DNA from: Nitrosopumilus sp.
GTDB taxonomy: Archaea; Thermoproteota; Nitrososphaeria; Nitrososphaerales; Nitrosopumilaceae
Assembly (NCBI GenBank): GCA_965207075.1
Contig: CBDBLO010000002.1
Span: forward strand, 256,001 to 320,000
Direction: 5' to 3'
Length of the DNA: 64,000 nucleotides
This document shows positions 49,815 to 59,995 of the stretch, piece by piece. The position numbers were made by a program, and so were the translations under genes. The stretch's first letter is position 1. Every line of letters starts with the position of its first letter. The notes below the pieces were generated by a model that searched no databases, had not been told where the DNA came from, and worked only from the letters and a program-made list of their open reading frames with translations.

Positions 49815-50488
49815 CACCGTTGTACTTCCCCCCCATTTTTGGCGCGGCTCTTCGGGGGAGCCCCGAACAGCAGGTTTCTTACTATCAGGTCCGCCACCTC
49901 CGGTACGCCCCGGTCGGTCATGCAGTTGACAAAGACAAACGGCTTTTCCGCGCCCCTGATTCTCAGGGCGTCTGATCTCATCACCTCCAGGTCCGCGCCC
50001 ACCATGGGCGCCAGGTCCGTCTTGTTTATCACAAGCAGGTCGCAGCTCGTTATTCCAAGCCCGCCCTTCCTTGGATACTTGTCGCCGCCGGCCACGTCTA
50101 CGATGTAGATGAAGTAGTCTGCAAGCAGCGGACTGAATGTGGTGGTTATGTTGTCGCCGCCGCTCTCTATTATTATGAGGTCCAGCTCGGGGTGCTCCCT
50201 TTCGATGTCCTCTATTACCGATATGTTCATTGACGGATCCTCCCTCACGGCCGTGTGCGGGCACCCGCCAGTCGCCAGCCCCACGACCAAGTTCTCCGGC
50301 AGCAGGCCGCGCTCCGTGGCCAGGTTGGATCTCATGCGGTCCGCGTCCTCCTTTGATATGACGTCGTTTGATATTATGCTCACGCTGTATCCGCGGCCCG
50401 CCAGCACGGGCACCACGCGCTCAATCAGCATGCTCTTTCCGGAGCCCACGGGCCCGCCTATTCCGATCCTAGGTATCCTCTCTGCCAT
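49814..50488 (-). CDS. ureG: Urease accessory GTPase UreG
   Basis: 'IGIGGPVGSGKS', 'TGGCPHTAVRED', 'ESGGDN', 'INKTDLAP'. Confidence 0.97.
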   Translation of the reverse strand: MAERIPRIGIGGPVGSGKSMLIERVVPVLAGRGYSVSIISNDVISKEDADRMRSNLATERGLLPENLVVGLATGGCPHTAVREDPSMNISVIEDIEREHPELDLIIIESGGDNITTTFSPLLADYFIYIVDVAGGDKYPRKGGLGITSCDLLVINKTDLAPMVGADLEVMRSDALRIRGAEKPFVFVNCMTDRGVPEVADLIVRNLLFGAPPKSRAKNGGEVQR

Positions 50489-50505
50489 ACCGCGCCGTCC
50501 TCCCG

Positions 50506-51240
50506 TCACGTAATGAACATTTTTGCATCCGTCCTCGCATGGGCCATCTGCAGCGCCTCGGCATGCGGGCAGAACTGCCACATCTCCGACACGTCCTTTG
50601 CAACCGACGACGCGGCGGCCTCCCGCATGACGGGCTTTAGCTCGTGGATTATCCCCTGCGCCTCAAAGTGATGTATCATTCCCAGCCGCAGCGCCGCGCC
50701 CACCATGTTTGAGACAAACCCGTACAGCATGATCAGCGCGGCCTTTTCTTTTCCGATCCCGAGCGCGCGGCAGCACACGCCCAGTGCGACCGGGTAGACC
50801 CCGGAGGCCCTCCCGTCATCTATGCACTCCATGTATCTTGCCAGGCGCGCGTCGCCGCAGAACCCTGCAACGCACCTGCACAGCTGCACTCCGGAGCGCA
50901 CGTACGCGTCCCTTGCCTCCCGCACCGTCTTTGCAGAGCAGCATGCGGCGTCTATCTCCTCTATGGCATCCGTGTCCTCGTGTGGCGCCGCGTCGTACGC
51001 GTTTGCAAGGGCCACGCAGTCTGCAACGCCGACCTGATGTGTGATCAGATCCCTGCACAGCGCCGACAGCTCCCGCGCGCCGGTTACCATCCCCCTGGCA
51101 AACATCAGCTCCAGCCCGCCCGATGACGCAAACATTCCGGTGGGAAACAGCGAGTCTGATATCTGCAGGGCGTCAAGATCGTCCGGTGCGCAGGCGCCGG
51201 GGCCGTCCCCCGCCGCCGCTTCCGCGTCACTGGTGCCCAT
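50506..51240 (-). CDS. ureF: Urease accessory protein UreF
   Basis: 'LQISDSLFPTGMFASSGGLE', 'AALRLG', C-terminal 'MAH....KMFIT'. Confidence 0.93.
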   Translation of the reverse strand: MGTSDAEAAAGDGPGACAPDDLDALQISDSLFPTGMFASSGGLELMFARGMVTGARELSALCRDLITHQVGVADCVALANAYDAAPHEDTDAIEEIDAACCSAKTVREARDAYVRSGVQLCRCVAGFCGDARLARYMECIDDGRASGVYPVALGVCCRALGIGKEKAALIMLYGFVSNMVGAALRLGMIHHFEAQGIIHELKPVMREAAASSVAKDVSEMWQFCPHAEALQMAHARTDAKMFIT

Positions 51241-51793
51241 GCACGTCGGCCCCCGCATGCGGCACAAAGATCTCACTTGCAATCTTCAGTTCGACGCCGC
51301 CCCCCACCTGGCCGAGCAGCCTCTCAAACGTCTCTAGCTCCGAATCGTCCTGTATGGGAAACGACACGGTCCCTTCCTCCCCGTTGACCGAGATGGGGCG
51401 GTGCCTGTTCCCTATTACGTGGCCCATGACCAGGCATGGCTCAAAACAGTCGTCGGCAGACGGCATGCCATGGTTGTCCTCCGGATCCCAGTCCAGAAAC
51501 CTTGCCACTATGACCTTTTCGGGTGACTGCTGAATAATCAATGGGGGCCTCTTTGGGTTCTCGCTTTGCAGTATGTCCCCGTGGCGCAGCGTCCTGCCCC
51601 GGCTCAGGTTTATCCCCACCTCGGCCCCCGACTCTGTCCTTACAAGCTGCCTGCTCTTTGCCATGTCGGCCCTTGGCATCACCACTGTGTCAAACGATGC
51701 CCCGCCGCCCCCTGCGCGCCCTTTGTCGCCGCTGAGTTTTTTGCCGCCGTCGTTGAATTTGTTGCCAGCTATATCGGCGTAGACGTCCAGCAT
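51227..51793 (-). CDS. ureE: Urease nickel chaperone UreE
   Basis: 'KSRQLVRTESG.EVGI.L.RG..LRHGDIL', 'GHVIGNRH', C-terminal His ('HGH'). Confidence 0.9.
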   Translation of the reverse strand: MLDVYADIAGNKFNDGGKKLSGDKGRAGGGGASFDTVVMPRADMAKSRQLVRTESGAEVGINLSRGRTLRHGDILQSENPKRPPLIIQQSPEKVIVARFLDWDPEDNHGMPSADDCFEPCLVMGHVIGNRHRPISVNGEEGTVSFPIQDDSELETFERLLGQVGGGVELKIASEIFVPHAGADVHGHQ

Positions 51794-51893
51794 GTCGTGA
51801 CTGGCCTGCGTGTTAAATTATACTTTGCCTGCGCCTCCGCACCGCTCGTCCTCCTCAATTATTAAATATGTCACGCACGTAGGTTCAATATTG

Positions 51894-52196
51894 ATGCTCA
51901 CGCCGCGGGAGATTGACAAGCTGCACGTGTTCCTTGCGGCCCAGCTTGCGATGCGCCGCAAGGAGCGCGGCCTGAAGCTCAACCATCCGGAGGCGGTCGC
52001 CGTAATCACGGATCACATACTGGAGGGCGCGCGCGACGGCAGGACCGTGCCCGAGCTGATGAGCTCGGGCAGAAGCGTGCTCTGCAAGGACGACGTGCTG
52101 CCGCAGGTTCCGGATCTGATACACTCGATACAGGTGGAGGCCACGTTTGACGACGGCACAAAGCTCGTGACCGTCCACGACCCGATAGCAAGGTGA
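51894..52196 (+). CDS. ureA: Urease subunit gamma
   Basis: '[10 protein letters not shown]', '[10 protein letters not shown]', 'EGARDG', '[19 protein letters not shown]'. Confidence 0.97.
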   Translation: MLTPREIDKLHVFLAAQLAMRRKERGLKLNHPEAVAVITDHILEGARDGRTVPELMSSGRSVLCKDDVLPQVPDLIHSIQVEATFDDGTKLVTVHDPIAR

Positions 52197-52331
52197 GGAT
52201 GCGTTGTTGTGCTTGCGTGGTGGAGACTGTGATGGTGGCAGGTGGTAATGGTGGCAGGTGATGATAATAATGATAATTACGACGACGACCACCAGGATCG
52301 CATTGAAAACCACGGGGGCGGAGGCCGGGCA

Positions 52332-52706
52332 GTGACCACACGCGAAATACCCGGCGAGTACATCATAGCCGGTGGCGACATCGTACTCAACCGGGACAGG
52401 GACACCGCGTCGGTGCAGGTCACGAACACGGGGGACCGCCCTGTGCAGGTCGGATCGCACGCCCACTTTTTTGAGGCAAACAGGGCCCTGTCCTTTGACC
52501 GGCAAAGGGCGTACGGGTTCCACCTGAACATTCCCGCCGGGACGTCCGTCCGGTTCGAGCCGGGCGACTCGCGCACAGTCAGCCTCGTCGCGTACGGCGG
52601 GGAGAGGACGGTGTACGGCTTTGGCGGGCTGGTGAACGGGCCGCTCGACCAGAAGAGGGACGAGGCCCTGCGCCTTGCTACAGAGAGGGGGTACAGGTCA
52701 CAGTGA
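52332..52706 (+). CDS. ureB: Urease subunit beta
   Basis: 'IPGEY', '[19 protein letters not shown]', '[14 protein letters not shown]'. An upstream in-frame low-complexity extension from 52242/52248 is possible. Confidence 0.95.
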   Translation: MTTREIPGEYIIAGGDIVLNRDRDTASVQVTNTGDRPVQVGSHAHFFEANRALSFDRQRAYGFHLNIPAGTSVRFEPGDSRTVSLVAYGGERTVYGFGGLVNGPLDQKRDEALRLATERGYRSQ

Positions 52707-54415
52707 CGCTTGAGATTCCACGACGCCGGTACGCCGAGCTGTTCGGGCCCACCGCCGGCGACAGGGTCCGGCTTGCCGACACGGACCTGATAATAGAGAT
52801 CGAGCGCGACCTGCTCGTGCACGGCGACGAGATCGTCTTTGGCGGCGGGAAGAGCGCGCGCGACGGGATGGGCCAGGCCAGCGGCGTCCTGCGGGAGGAT
52901 TCGCTTGACCTGCTGATTACGAACGCGATCGTCATGGACCCGGTGCTTGGCATCGTAAAGGCCGACATCGGGATAAAGGACGGGCTAATCGCGGGCGTCG
53001 GGAACGCCGGAAACCCCCACATCATGGACGGCATAGAGATGACCGTGTCGTCTAACACGGAGGTGATCGCCGGCGAGCACACGATATGCACGCCGGGCAC
53101 CATAGACACTCACATCCACTTCATCTCGCCGCAGCAGGCGGTGGACGCCATATGCAACGGCACCACCACCATGATAGGCGGCGGCACGGGCCCCGCCGAC
53201 GGCACAAAGGCCACGACCTGCACGCCGGGCTCGTGGAACATACACCGCATGATAGAGGCCGCCGAGGAGTACCCTCTCAACTTTGGGTTCCTCTGCAAGG
53301 GCAACGACTCTAGGCCCGAGTCGCTTCTGGAGCAGGTGGGGGCCGGCGCCTGCGGGCTGAAGCTGCACGAGGACTGGGGGACGACCCCCGCCACCATAGA
53401 CTCGGCCCTGCGCGTGGCAGACGAGACGGACACGCAGGTCGCGATACACACCGACACGCTCAACGAGTGCGGCTTTGTGGACGATACCATACAGGCCATA
53501 GCGGGCCGGACCATCCACACGTACCACACGGAGGGGGCCGGCGGGGGGCACGCGCCCGACATAATGAGGGTGGCCGGGGAGCCTAACATACTGCCGTCCT
53601 CCACCAACCCGACGCGCCCGTTCACGGTGAACACGTTGGCGGAGCACCTCGACATGATGATGGTTTGCCACCACCTGAACCCCTCCGTCCCGGAGGACCT
53701 CTCGTTTGCAGAGTCGCGCATACGCGGCGAGACCATAGCGGCGGAGGACGTCCTGCACGACATGGGCGCCATATCCATGATGTCCTCTGACAGCCAGGCG
53801 ATGGGAAGGGTGGGGGAGGTTACCACCAGGAACTGGCAGACCGCCGACAAGATGAAGCGGAGCGCGGGGCGGCTTGCCGGCGAGCGCGGCGACAACGACA
53901 ACTTGCGCGTGAAGAGGTACCTTGCCAAGATCACCATAAACCCTGCCATCACGCACGGGATATCGGCCCACGTCGGCTCGCTTGAGCCCGGCAAGCTTGC
54001 CGACATCGTGGTGTGGACGCCGCAGTTCTTTGGCATAAAGCCCAAGATGATCATAAAGGGCGGGTTTGTCGCGTACTCGCTGATGGGCGATCCCAACGCG
54101 AGCATACCGACGACCGAACCGGTGTACTACCGCCCGATGTTCGGGGCGCTCGGCTCGGCCAAGCACTCGACGTCGGTCACGTTCACGTCAAAGCTGGCCA
54201 TTGCCCGCGGGCTTTCGGACAGCCTTGGAACCTCAAAGAGGCTGGTGCCAGTCGAGAACTGCCGCGGCATAGGCAAAAAGGACATGATATACAACGACCT
54301 GACGCCTGAGATACGCATCAATCCTGAGACCTACGAGGTCGTGGTGGACGGCAGTCCGGCCACTGCCGAACCGGCGACGCGCCTGTCCCTTGGAAGGTTG
54401 TACAGCCTGTACTAG
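52703..54415 (+). CDS. ureC: Urease subunit alpha
   Basis: 'DTHIHFI', 'GLKLHEDWG', 'IHTDTLNE', '[15 protein letters not shown]', 'MVCHHL', 'SSDSQAMGR'. Confidence 0.98.
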   Translation: MTLEIPRRRYAELFGPTAGDRVRLADTDLIIEIERDLLVHGDEIVFGGGKSARDGMGQASGVLREDSLDLLITNAIVMDPVLGIVKADIGIKDGLIAGVGNAGNPHIMDGIEMTVSSNTEVIAGEHTICTPGTIDTHIHFISPQQAVDAICNGTTTMIGGGTGPADGTKATTCTPGSWNIHRMIEAAEEYPLNFGFLCKGNDSRPESLLEQVGAGACGLKLHEDWGTTPATIDSALRVADETDTQVAIHTDTLNECGFVDDTIQAIAGRTIHTYHTEGAGGGHAPDIMRVAGEPNILPSSTNPTRPFTVNTLAEHLDMMMVCHHLNPSVPEDLSFAESRIRGETIAAEDVLHDMGAISMMSSDSQAMGRVGEVTTRNWQTADKMKRSAGRLAGERGDNDNLRVKRYLAKITINPAITHGISAHVGSLEPGKLADIVVWTPQFFGIKPKMIIKGGFVAYSLMGDPNASIPTTEPVYYRPMFGALGSAKHSTSVTFTSKLAIARGLSDSLGTSKRLVPVENCRGIGKKDMIYNDLTPEIRINPETYEVVVDGSPATAEPATRLSLGRLYSLY

Positions 54416-54494
54416 GCCTAGTCGACATCGACTAGTTTTTTGTATATAAGGCGAGATACGGTTTGAACGCATATGGGGGAAGTAGGCCACACGT

Positions 54495-56714
54495 ATGCGC
54501 ATGGAGCGCGGACAGCCTGCGACTACCACCCTCTCTACGATAACGGCATCAGTGGTGGCGCCGCTTGAATCTATTGCGTCTGCTGCGGCTGCTAACAAAA
54601 AGGCGATCATGTCCCGGCAGGCGTTTTTGCCGTCTGCGGCAGTGGCGCTGGTCGCCGTACTGGCTATATCCTGCGTCCCAAACCCGGCGTTTGGTGCCGG
54701 TGCCATCGCGGAAGGATTCACGATAGGCGACGTGCTCGACGAGAGCTGGGGCTGGTTCATAGTTGTGGGCCTCGGCGCCGTGTTCGCGATCGTAATCACG
54801 ATCGAGACAAAGGTGGAGGAACGATACCTAGGCGTCTCCCAGACCTCAGAGTGGTTCAACACGGCTGGCAGGGTGATCAAAACAGGCCTTACTGCGGCTG
54901 CCATTGTATCTGCCTGGACGTGGGCCGCCACGCTGCTGCAGTCGTCGACGGTCGCCTACCAGTACGGGGTAAGCGGTCCGTTCTGGTATGCGGCAGGCGC
55001 GTCCATACAGGTCCTTCTCTTCGGCATACTGGCAATAGAGCTCAAGCGCAAGGCGCCCAACGCGCACACGTTCCTGGAGATCATAAGGGCCAGGTACGGC
55101 GGCGGCGCCCACCGGGTCTTTCTAGTGTTCGCCCTGATGACCAACATGATAGTTACAGCCATGCTGCTGCTCGGCGGCGCCGCGGTCGTCAACGGGCTGA
55201 CCGGCATGGACATCTCGCTTGCCGCGTTCCTGATCCCGATAGGCGTGATGATATACACGCTGGTCGGCGGGCTAAAGGCCACGTTCGTTGCAGACTACAT
55301 GCATACCATAATCATATTCATCGTGATACTGATATTCGTCGGCACGGTCTACTTTGTCAGCCCCATTACGGGCGGCATCGAGGGGATGTACGACAAGCTC
55401 GTCGAGGCCGCGCGCATAAGCCCGGTGGAGGGCAACGCGGCGGGCGCCTACCTTACCATGGCGTCCATCGGCGGGCTGATATTCGGCGTGATCAACATAG
55501 TGGGCAACTTTGGCACCGTGTTTGTGGACCAGGCGTACTGGCAGCGCGCGATTGCCGCGCGCCCGCAGTCCACGGTAAAGGGGTTCCTGCTAGGGGGCGC
55601 CTGCTGGTTTGCCATTCCGTTTACGCTTGCAACTACAATGGGCCTCACGGCCGTCGCGCTTGGCGTGGACCTGACGCCAGAGCAGGTCCAGCTCGGGCTT
55701 ACGGTACCCGCCGCCGCATCGGTTTTGATGGGCGAGGTGGGCGCCGTGATGGTGCTGACCATGCTGTTCATGGCCGTGACGTCGGCGGGATCCGCCGAGC
55801 TGATCGCCGTCTCGTCGCTGATCACGTACGACGTGTATAGGACGTACAAGAACCCGTCGGCGTCGGGAAAACAGCTGCTAAAGGTCTCGCGCGCCACCAT
55901 AGTCGGGTTCGGCCTGGGCATGGGGGGCCTGGCGGTGATACTGCTGAGCATGGGACTGTCACTGGGATTCGTATACCTGGCGATGGGCGTGCTGATCGGC
56001 TCTGCCGTGATACCGATAGCCCTGACGATCACGTGGAAGCGCACAAACAAGTACGCCGCCACGATAGGCGCGATTGCGGGGCTCTTCGTGGCGCTGGGCA
56101 CGTGGGTCGGCGTGGCCGCGTCGCTGCCAGAGTTCGGGGGCGAGGTGTCGCTTGCCAGTCTGGGGCACAACTACTCTATGCTCTTCGGTAACATAGCCGG
56201 CATACTTACGGGCGGCGCCATCGCGGGCCTGGGAAGCCTGGCAAGCAGGACCAAGTTCGACTGGGCATTAATGAGGGAGAGGATAAAGCTGGTGGACATC
56301 AGCCAGGCCGAGAAGGCGGCGCTCGACGCGGACGAAAAGACGCTTGCGCGCGCGTTCAAGTTCAGCCTCAAGGGAGGCGGGATCATGACCCTGGTGCTGA
56401 TCATAGCGTGGCCCATGCCGCTGTTCTTCTCCGGGTACGTGTTTGACATCGGGTTCTACTCTCTGTGGGTCGGCATAGCCGTCGTATGGGTGAGCGCCGC
56501 GACCTTTTTTATAGTTGGGCTGCCCATCATAGAAGCGAGGCATGGAATCGCACAGGTCGCCAGGGGCAGGAAGGCAGTCGTCACGGAATCCGGGGCGCAG
56601 GAGGCCGTCGAGGATGATCCTGCCGATGAAGCCGGCGGTGGCGACGATGACGACAGTGGTGGCGACGACGACGCCAAAAGCGGAAAGGACGACGGGGCGA
56701 AACCGGGGGCGTGA
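54495..56714 (+). CDS. DUR3-type urea active transporter (SSS family)
   Basis: 'SEWFNTAGR', 'SAWTWAATLLQSS', 'AHTFLE', 'GGLKATF..DY', 'DQAYWQRAIA', 'SAELIAVSS'. Directly follows ureC. Start could be 54609. Confidence 0.93.
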   Translation: MRMERGQPATTTLSTITASVVAPLESIASAAAANKKAIMSRQAFLPSAAVALVAVLAISCVPNPAFGAGAIAEGFTIGDVLDESWGWFIVVGLGAVFAIVITIETKVEERYLGVSQTSEWFNTAGRVIKTGLTAAAIVSAWTWAATLLQSSTVAYQYGVSGPFWYAAGASIQVLLFGILAIELKRKAPNAHTFLEIIRARYGGGAHRVFLVFALMTNMIVTAMLLLGGAAVVNGLTGMDISLAAFLIPIGVMIYTLVGGLKATFVADYMHTIIIFIVILIFVGTVYFVSPITGGIEGMYDKLVEAARISPVEGNAAGAYLTMASIGGLIFGVINIVGNFGTVFVDQAYWQRAIAARPQSTVKGFLLGGACWFAIPFTLATTMGLTAVALGVDLTPEQVQLGLTVPAAASVLMGEVGAVMVLTMLFMAVTSAGSAELIAVSSLITYDVYRTYKNPSASGKQLLKVSRATIVGFGLGMGGLAVILLSMGLSLGFVYLAMGVLIGSAVIPIALTITWKRTNKYAATIGAIAGLFVALGTWVGVAASLPEFGGEVSLASLGHNYSMLFGNIAGILTGGAIAGLGSLASRTKFDWALMRERIKLVDISQAEKAALDADEKTLARAFKFSLKGGGIMTLVLIIAWPMPLFFSGYVFDIGFYSLWVGIAVVWVSAATFFIVGLPIIEARHGIAQVARGRKAVVTESGAQEAVEDDPADEAGGGDDDDSGGDDDAKSGKDDGAKPGA

Positions 56715-56720
56715 TCCCTC

Positions 56721-57290
56721 GTGACACACTGCGCCGGGTGCGGCATCACCCTTGGATGGAAGAAATACAAGTTCCAGCGCATGTGGCGCATACCGGGCTA
56801 CTATTGCAGGCCCTGCATGCTGGAGCTCGGCAAGGAGTTTGACAAGCACGCCAAGATTGTAAGCCCTACTAGGAAGTGCGATCTATGCGGCGTCGACTAT
56901 TACTTTATGAAGCCGTACAACAAGGGCGGCACCCACCACAACTACTGCCACGTCTGCTACGAGGCAGTATCAAACGGGGCCGTTCCCGTCCCCACGGCGC
57001 CAAAATCAAAAAACGAGCTGCCGAGGCCCCCGCAGAAGCTGCCCCTTGTAATGATAATCTTTGCCGGACTGGGCGGCCTGATGATGCTGCTTGGACTGGG
57101 CTTTACCATGATGTCCACCGGGGAGGATGCCAACGTGACGCACATCCTGTTTGGCGCCATTACGACCGCGCTCGGGTTCGTCCTGATTCGAAAGACGCTA
57201 AAGTCGCGCAGCCTGCTACTGGGCCGCGGAAACGTGGGAGGCGGCAGCGGCAGACCCGAGTCGCCCAATCCGGAGACTACGACCCGCTAG
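56721..57290 (+). CDS. Double zinc-ribbon, two-TM hypothetical protein
   Basis: CAGC, CRPC, CDLC, CHVC, then two hydrophobic helices. Starts 6 bp after DUR3. Confidence 0.75.
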   Translation: MTHCAGCGITLGWKKYKFQRMWRIPGYYCRPCMLELGKEFDKHAKIVSPTRKCDLCGVDYYFMKPYNKGGTHHNYCHVCYEAVSNGAVPVPTAPKSKNELPRPPQKLPLVMIIFAGLGGLMMLLGLGFTMMSTGEDANVTHILFGAITTALGFVLIRKTLKSRSLLLGRGNVGGGSGRPESPNPETTTR

Positions 57291-57323
57291 TGCTCTTGGC
57301 TGCCGCTTCCTGACGTGACACTG

Positions 57324-58184
57324 CTATATCCCCAGCGCTGCGGCCACGCCGCTCGCAATGATATACGCGCCAAACAGCATGGCGATGCTCCCCGACGCGT
57401 ACCGGATTGCCCTCCTTGCGGTGTTGGTGCTGCCGCATGCCGCAAACAACAGTGACAGGGCGCCCGCCACCAGCACCATGCCGATCGTCGATCCCGCGCC
57501 AAACACTGACGCAAGTAATAGCGGCAGCGGTAGCAGCGCCCCGGCATCGGCCGCGGACGACGCTATTGCGTCCGGCATGGCCGACAGGGCCAACACTACC
57601 AGCCCCCCGCTTCCGGCCAGGCCGTGCACACATCCTATGACGTACGGGACGTGGCTGTGCGAGTGGCTCATGCTGCCGTCATCACCCACACCCTCGCGTT
57701 TGTCGTCGTGGCTGTGCGGATGGGAGTGCGTCGTTCCGTCCTCGTGCGTGTGGACGTGCGAGTGCGTCCAGAGCCGTGACAGGAATGGCAGCGTCCACCC
57801 TTTTGTGCCGCCGCCCCTCTCGCGTATCGCCGATATTCCAAGCAGGATCAGCATCACGCCCACCCCCATCTCGAATATGTCAAACAGCTCGTGTGGGATG
57901 TTTACGGATAGTATGATGACTAACACCGCCACTAGAAATATGCTAGACGCGTGCCCGAACCCCCATAACAGGCCCGATATGGAGCCCGTTATGCCTGCCC
58001 TCTTCTTACTCTGTTTCTCTTCCTCCTTCTTCCCCCGTCTGACGGACGACAGCATTGCGGTTACGTGATCCGGCTCCAATGCATGGTACAGCCCTACCAG
58101 CAGTCCGGCCCCCAACAACAGCAGGGGGGCCTCTGCATACGGCGCATGGTATGCGCCTGCAAGCAGCCCGTCCAACACGGTCAT
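57324..58184 (-). CDS. Nickel permease (UreH/HoxN-NixA-like)
   Basis: 'HALEPDH', 'WGFGHA', His-rich loop 'HSHVHTHEDGTTHSHPHSH', 'IGCVHGLAGSG'. Confidence 0.88.
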   Translation of the reverse strand: MTVLDGLLAGAYHAPYAEAPLLLLGAGLLVGLYHALEPDHVTAMLSSVRRGKKEEEKQSKKRAGITGSISGLLWGFGHASSIFLVAVLVIILSVNIPHELFDIFEMGVGVMLILLGISAIRERGGGTKGWTLPFLSRLWTHSHVHTHEDGTTHSHPHSHDDKREGVGDDGSMSHSHSHVPYVIGCVHGLAGSGGLVVLALSAMPDAIASSAADAGALLPLPLLLASVFGAGSTIGMVLVAGALSLLFAACGSTNTARRAIRYASGSIAMLFGAYIIASGVAAALGI

Positions 58185-58711
58185 GGCATCTCCCCCGAGA
58201 TCATCCTGCCGCCACTGCCGCCGCCATTGCTGTTGCTAAACAATGATGCTGGAGATGCTGATGGCTGTCCCTGACTCAATCCCTGTTTCATATATGATGT
58301 GGGCCTGATTGGATCCTGTATCACAATATTTACCGCGTCGCCTCCTGTCCTGTCCGTGATGCCGATCTCAAGGCGCTTGATCATGTCCGGCACGCCGATC
58401 ATCACCTGGTGGTCAGACAGCATGTCCGGCAGCCCCTCCTCGATTGCAGGCGTACGCGAGTCCTGGCGGTCTGCTGCCGCAGACGAGTAAGCGCATGCCC
58501 CGTACAGCAGCATGACGTCGTTGATGTTTATCCTGCGGTTGCCGGCGATCATGTTCTGGATCGAGTCGGCCGCTGCCGCAAGCATCTCCTCGTCGCTTCT
58601 GTCCCTGATATCGTACCGCCTGGTCAGCGGGCCCATGTCCCTGTCTGCTCCCCGCGCGGTTACCCGGATGGTGCACTGCAGGAGGCGGCTGCTGTGTGTA
58701 TTACGCGTCAA
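58181..58711 (-). CDS. Divergent urease-gamma-like protein
   Basis: 'RRININDVMLL...MLSDHQVMIGVPDMIKRLEI...VIQDPI' aligns by eye with UreA '[10 protein letters not shown]...[20 protein letters not shown]...VTVHDPI'. 4-bp overlaps with both neighbours. Confidence 0.6.
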   Translation of the reverse strand: MTRNTHSSRLLQCTIRVTARGADRDMGPLTRRYDIRDRSDEEMLAAAADSIQNMIAGNRRININDVMLLYGACAYSSAAADRQDSRTPAIEEGLPDMLSDHQVMIGVPDMIKRLEIGITDRTGGDAVNIVIQDPIRPTSYMKQGLSQGQPSASPASLFSNSNGGGSGGRMISGEMP

Positions 58712-59823
58712 CCGCGATCAGGAATCTCCGCCCGTGGGTTTCCAAAGTTGTACGTGTTGCCCGTACCGCGATAGTCCCTCGGCCTGACGGGGCTGCCGCC
58801 CTCAAGCCCCCTCTTTGTAAGCGAGAGTCCCGCCAGCAGCTCCACTATCAGCCGCTGGCCAAGGCCCGAGGTAATCCCGCCGTTGTACGAGCTGTTGTCG
58901 CTGACGTCGTACGCCGGCGCGACCTCCACCAGATCCATCGCAAAGCGGTCCGGGTCAAAGGATTTCGAGAGCAGCCTGATCATGCGTATGCCCTCCCTGG
59001 ATGTCAGTCCGTTGGGCTCCGGCTCCCCGGTGCCGGGGGCGTATGCGGGGTCAAACGAGTCTATGTCCCAGCTCAGGTATACCGCGTCCGTCCCGTCGTT
59101 TGCGCGGTCCGCAATCTCCTTTGCGATATAGTCTATGCCCATCTCCTCCACGTCGAGCATCGTAAACCATTGAAAGTCCTGGTCGGACATCCACTTGTAC
59201 AGATCCGGCCCCGGCCAGTATCCGCGCGGTCCCACAAGCGAGTAGTTGCGCCCCTTCATGCACCCGATCTCCATTATGCGGCGTATGTGGGCCCCGTGGT
59301 CGTACTTGTAGCCAGTCAAGCCCTGCGGCGCGCAGTCCGCGTGCGTGTCAAAGTGTATCATGCCTATCCGCTTGTACTTTTTTGCAAATGCCCTTACGTT
59401 GGCATACGTTATGGAGTGGTCCCCCCCGAGCATGACCGGGATGCCGTCTTGCTCGAGCACCTCCTTGACCTTTACGGTCATCCTCTTGTGTGACTCTATC
59501 ACGTCGCCCGGCGAGACCTGCACGTCGCCGTAGTCCACGGTTCTGAACGTACCAAACGGGTCGGCCCCGGTCTCTATGTTGAACCGCTCGTACGGCGGGG
59601 ACGGTATGGTGGACGCGGCGCGCAGGGCACGCGGGCCGTACCTCGCACCCGGCCGTATCGTGGTGCCAAAGTCAAACGGCTCGCCTATTATCGCCACGTC
59701 GGGGTTTGCCTCTACCAGCTCGGCGTGGCTTCTGATCCAGGGCAGGTGCAGAAATGTGTTTATTCCCACAAACGGCGCGACGTCGGCCCCCCGGTAATCG
59801 TCACCGTAAAACTCCATCCCCAT
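58708..59823 (-). CDS. Ureohydrolase (agmatinase/guanidinase/arginase family), substrate unknown
   Basis: 'PFDFGTTIRPGARYGP', 'DYGD', 'GGDHS', 'DTHAD', 'DIDSFDPAYAPGTGEPEPNG', 'DLVEVAP'. Confidence 0.92.
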   Translation of the reverse strand: MGMEFYGDDYRGADVAPFVGINTFLHLPWIRSHAELVEANPDVAIIGEPFDFGTTIRPGARYGPRALRAASTIPSPPYERFNIETGADPFGTFRTVDYGDVQVSPGDVIESHKRMTVKVKEVLEQDGIPVMLGGDHSITYANVRAFAKKYKRIGMIHFDTHADCAPQGLTGYKYDHGAHIRRIMEIGCMKGRNYSLVGPRGYWPGPDLYKWMSDQDFQWFTMLDVEEMGIDYIAKEIADRANDGTDAVYLSWDIDSFDPAYAPGTGEPEPNGLTSREGIRMIRLLSKSFDPDRFAMDLVEVAPAYDVSDNSSYNGGITSGLGQRLIVELLAGLSLTKRGLEGGSPVRPRDYRGTGNTYNFGNPRAEIPDRG

Positions 59824-59995
59824 GATAATCAATTATGTGACGCATTGTGGATAAATAAAGATTCCAAGTAAAGTACGCATGCGCGGCGCGACACCGACAA
59901 GGCGCGCCGGATCGTATATGGGGGAACGGCCTTCCGCGCGCGCCCTGCTCGCGCGGCAACATCCAAAGTTATAAGCGCGTGCGTCTAGTTCGCGC

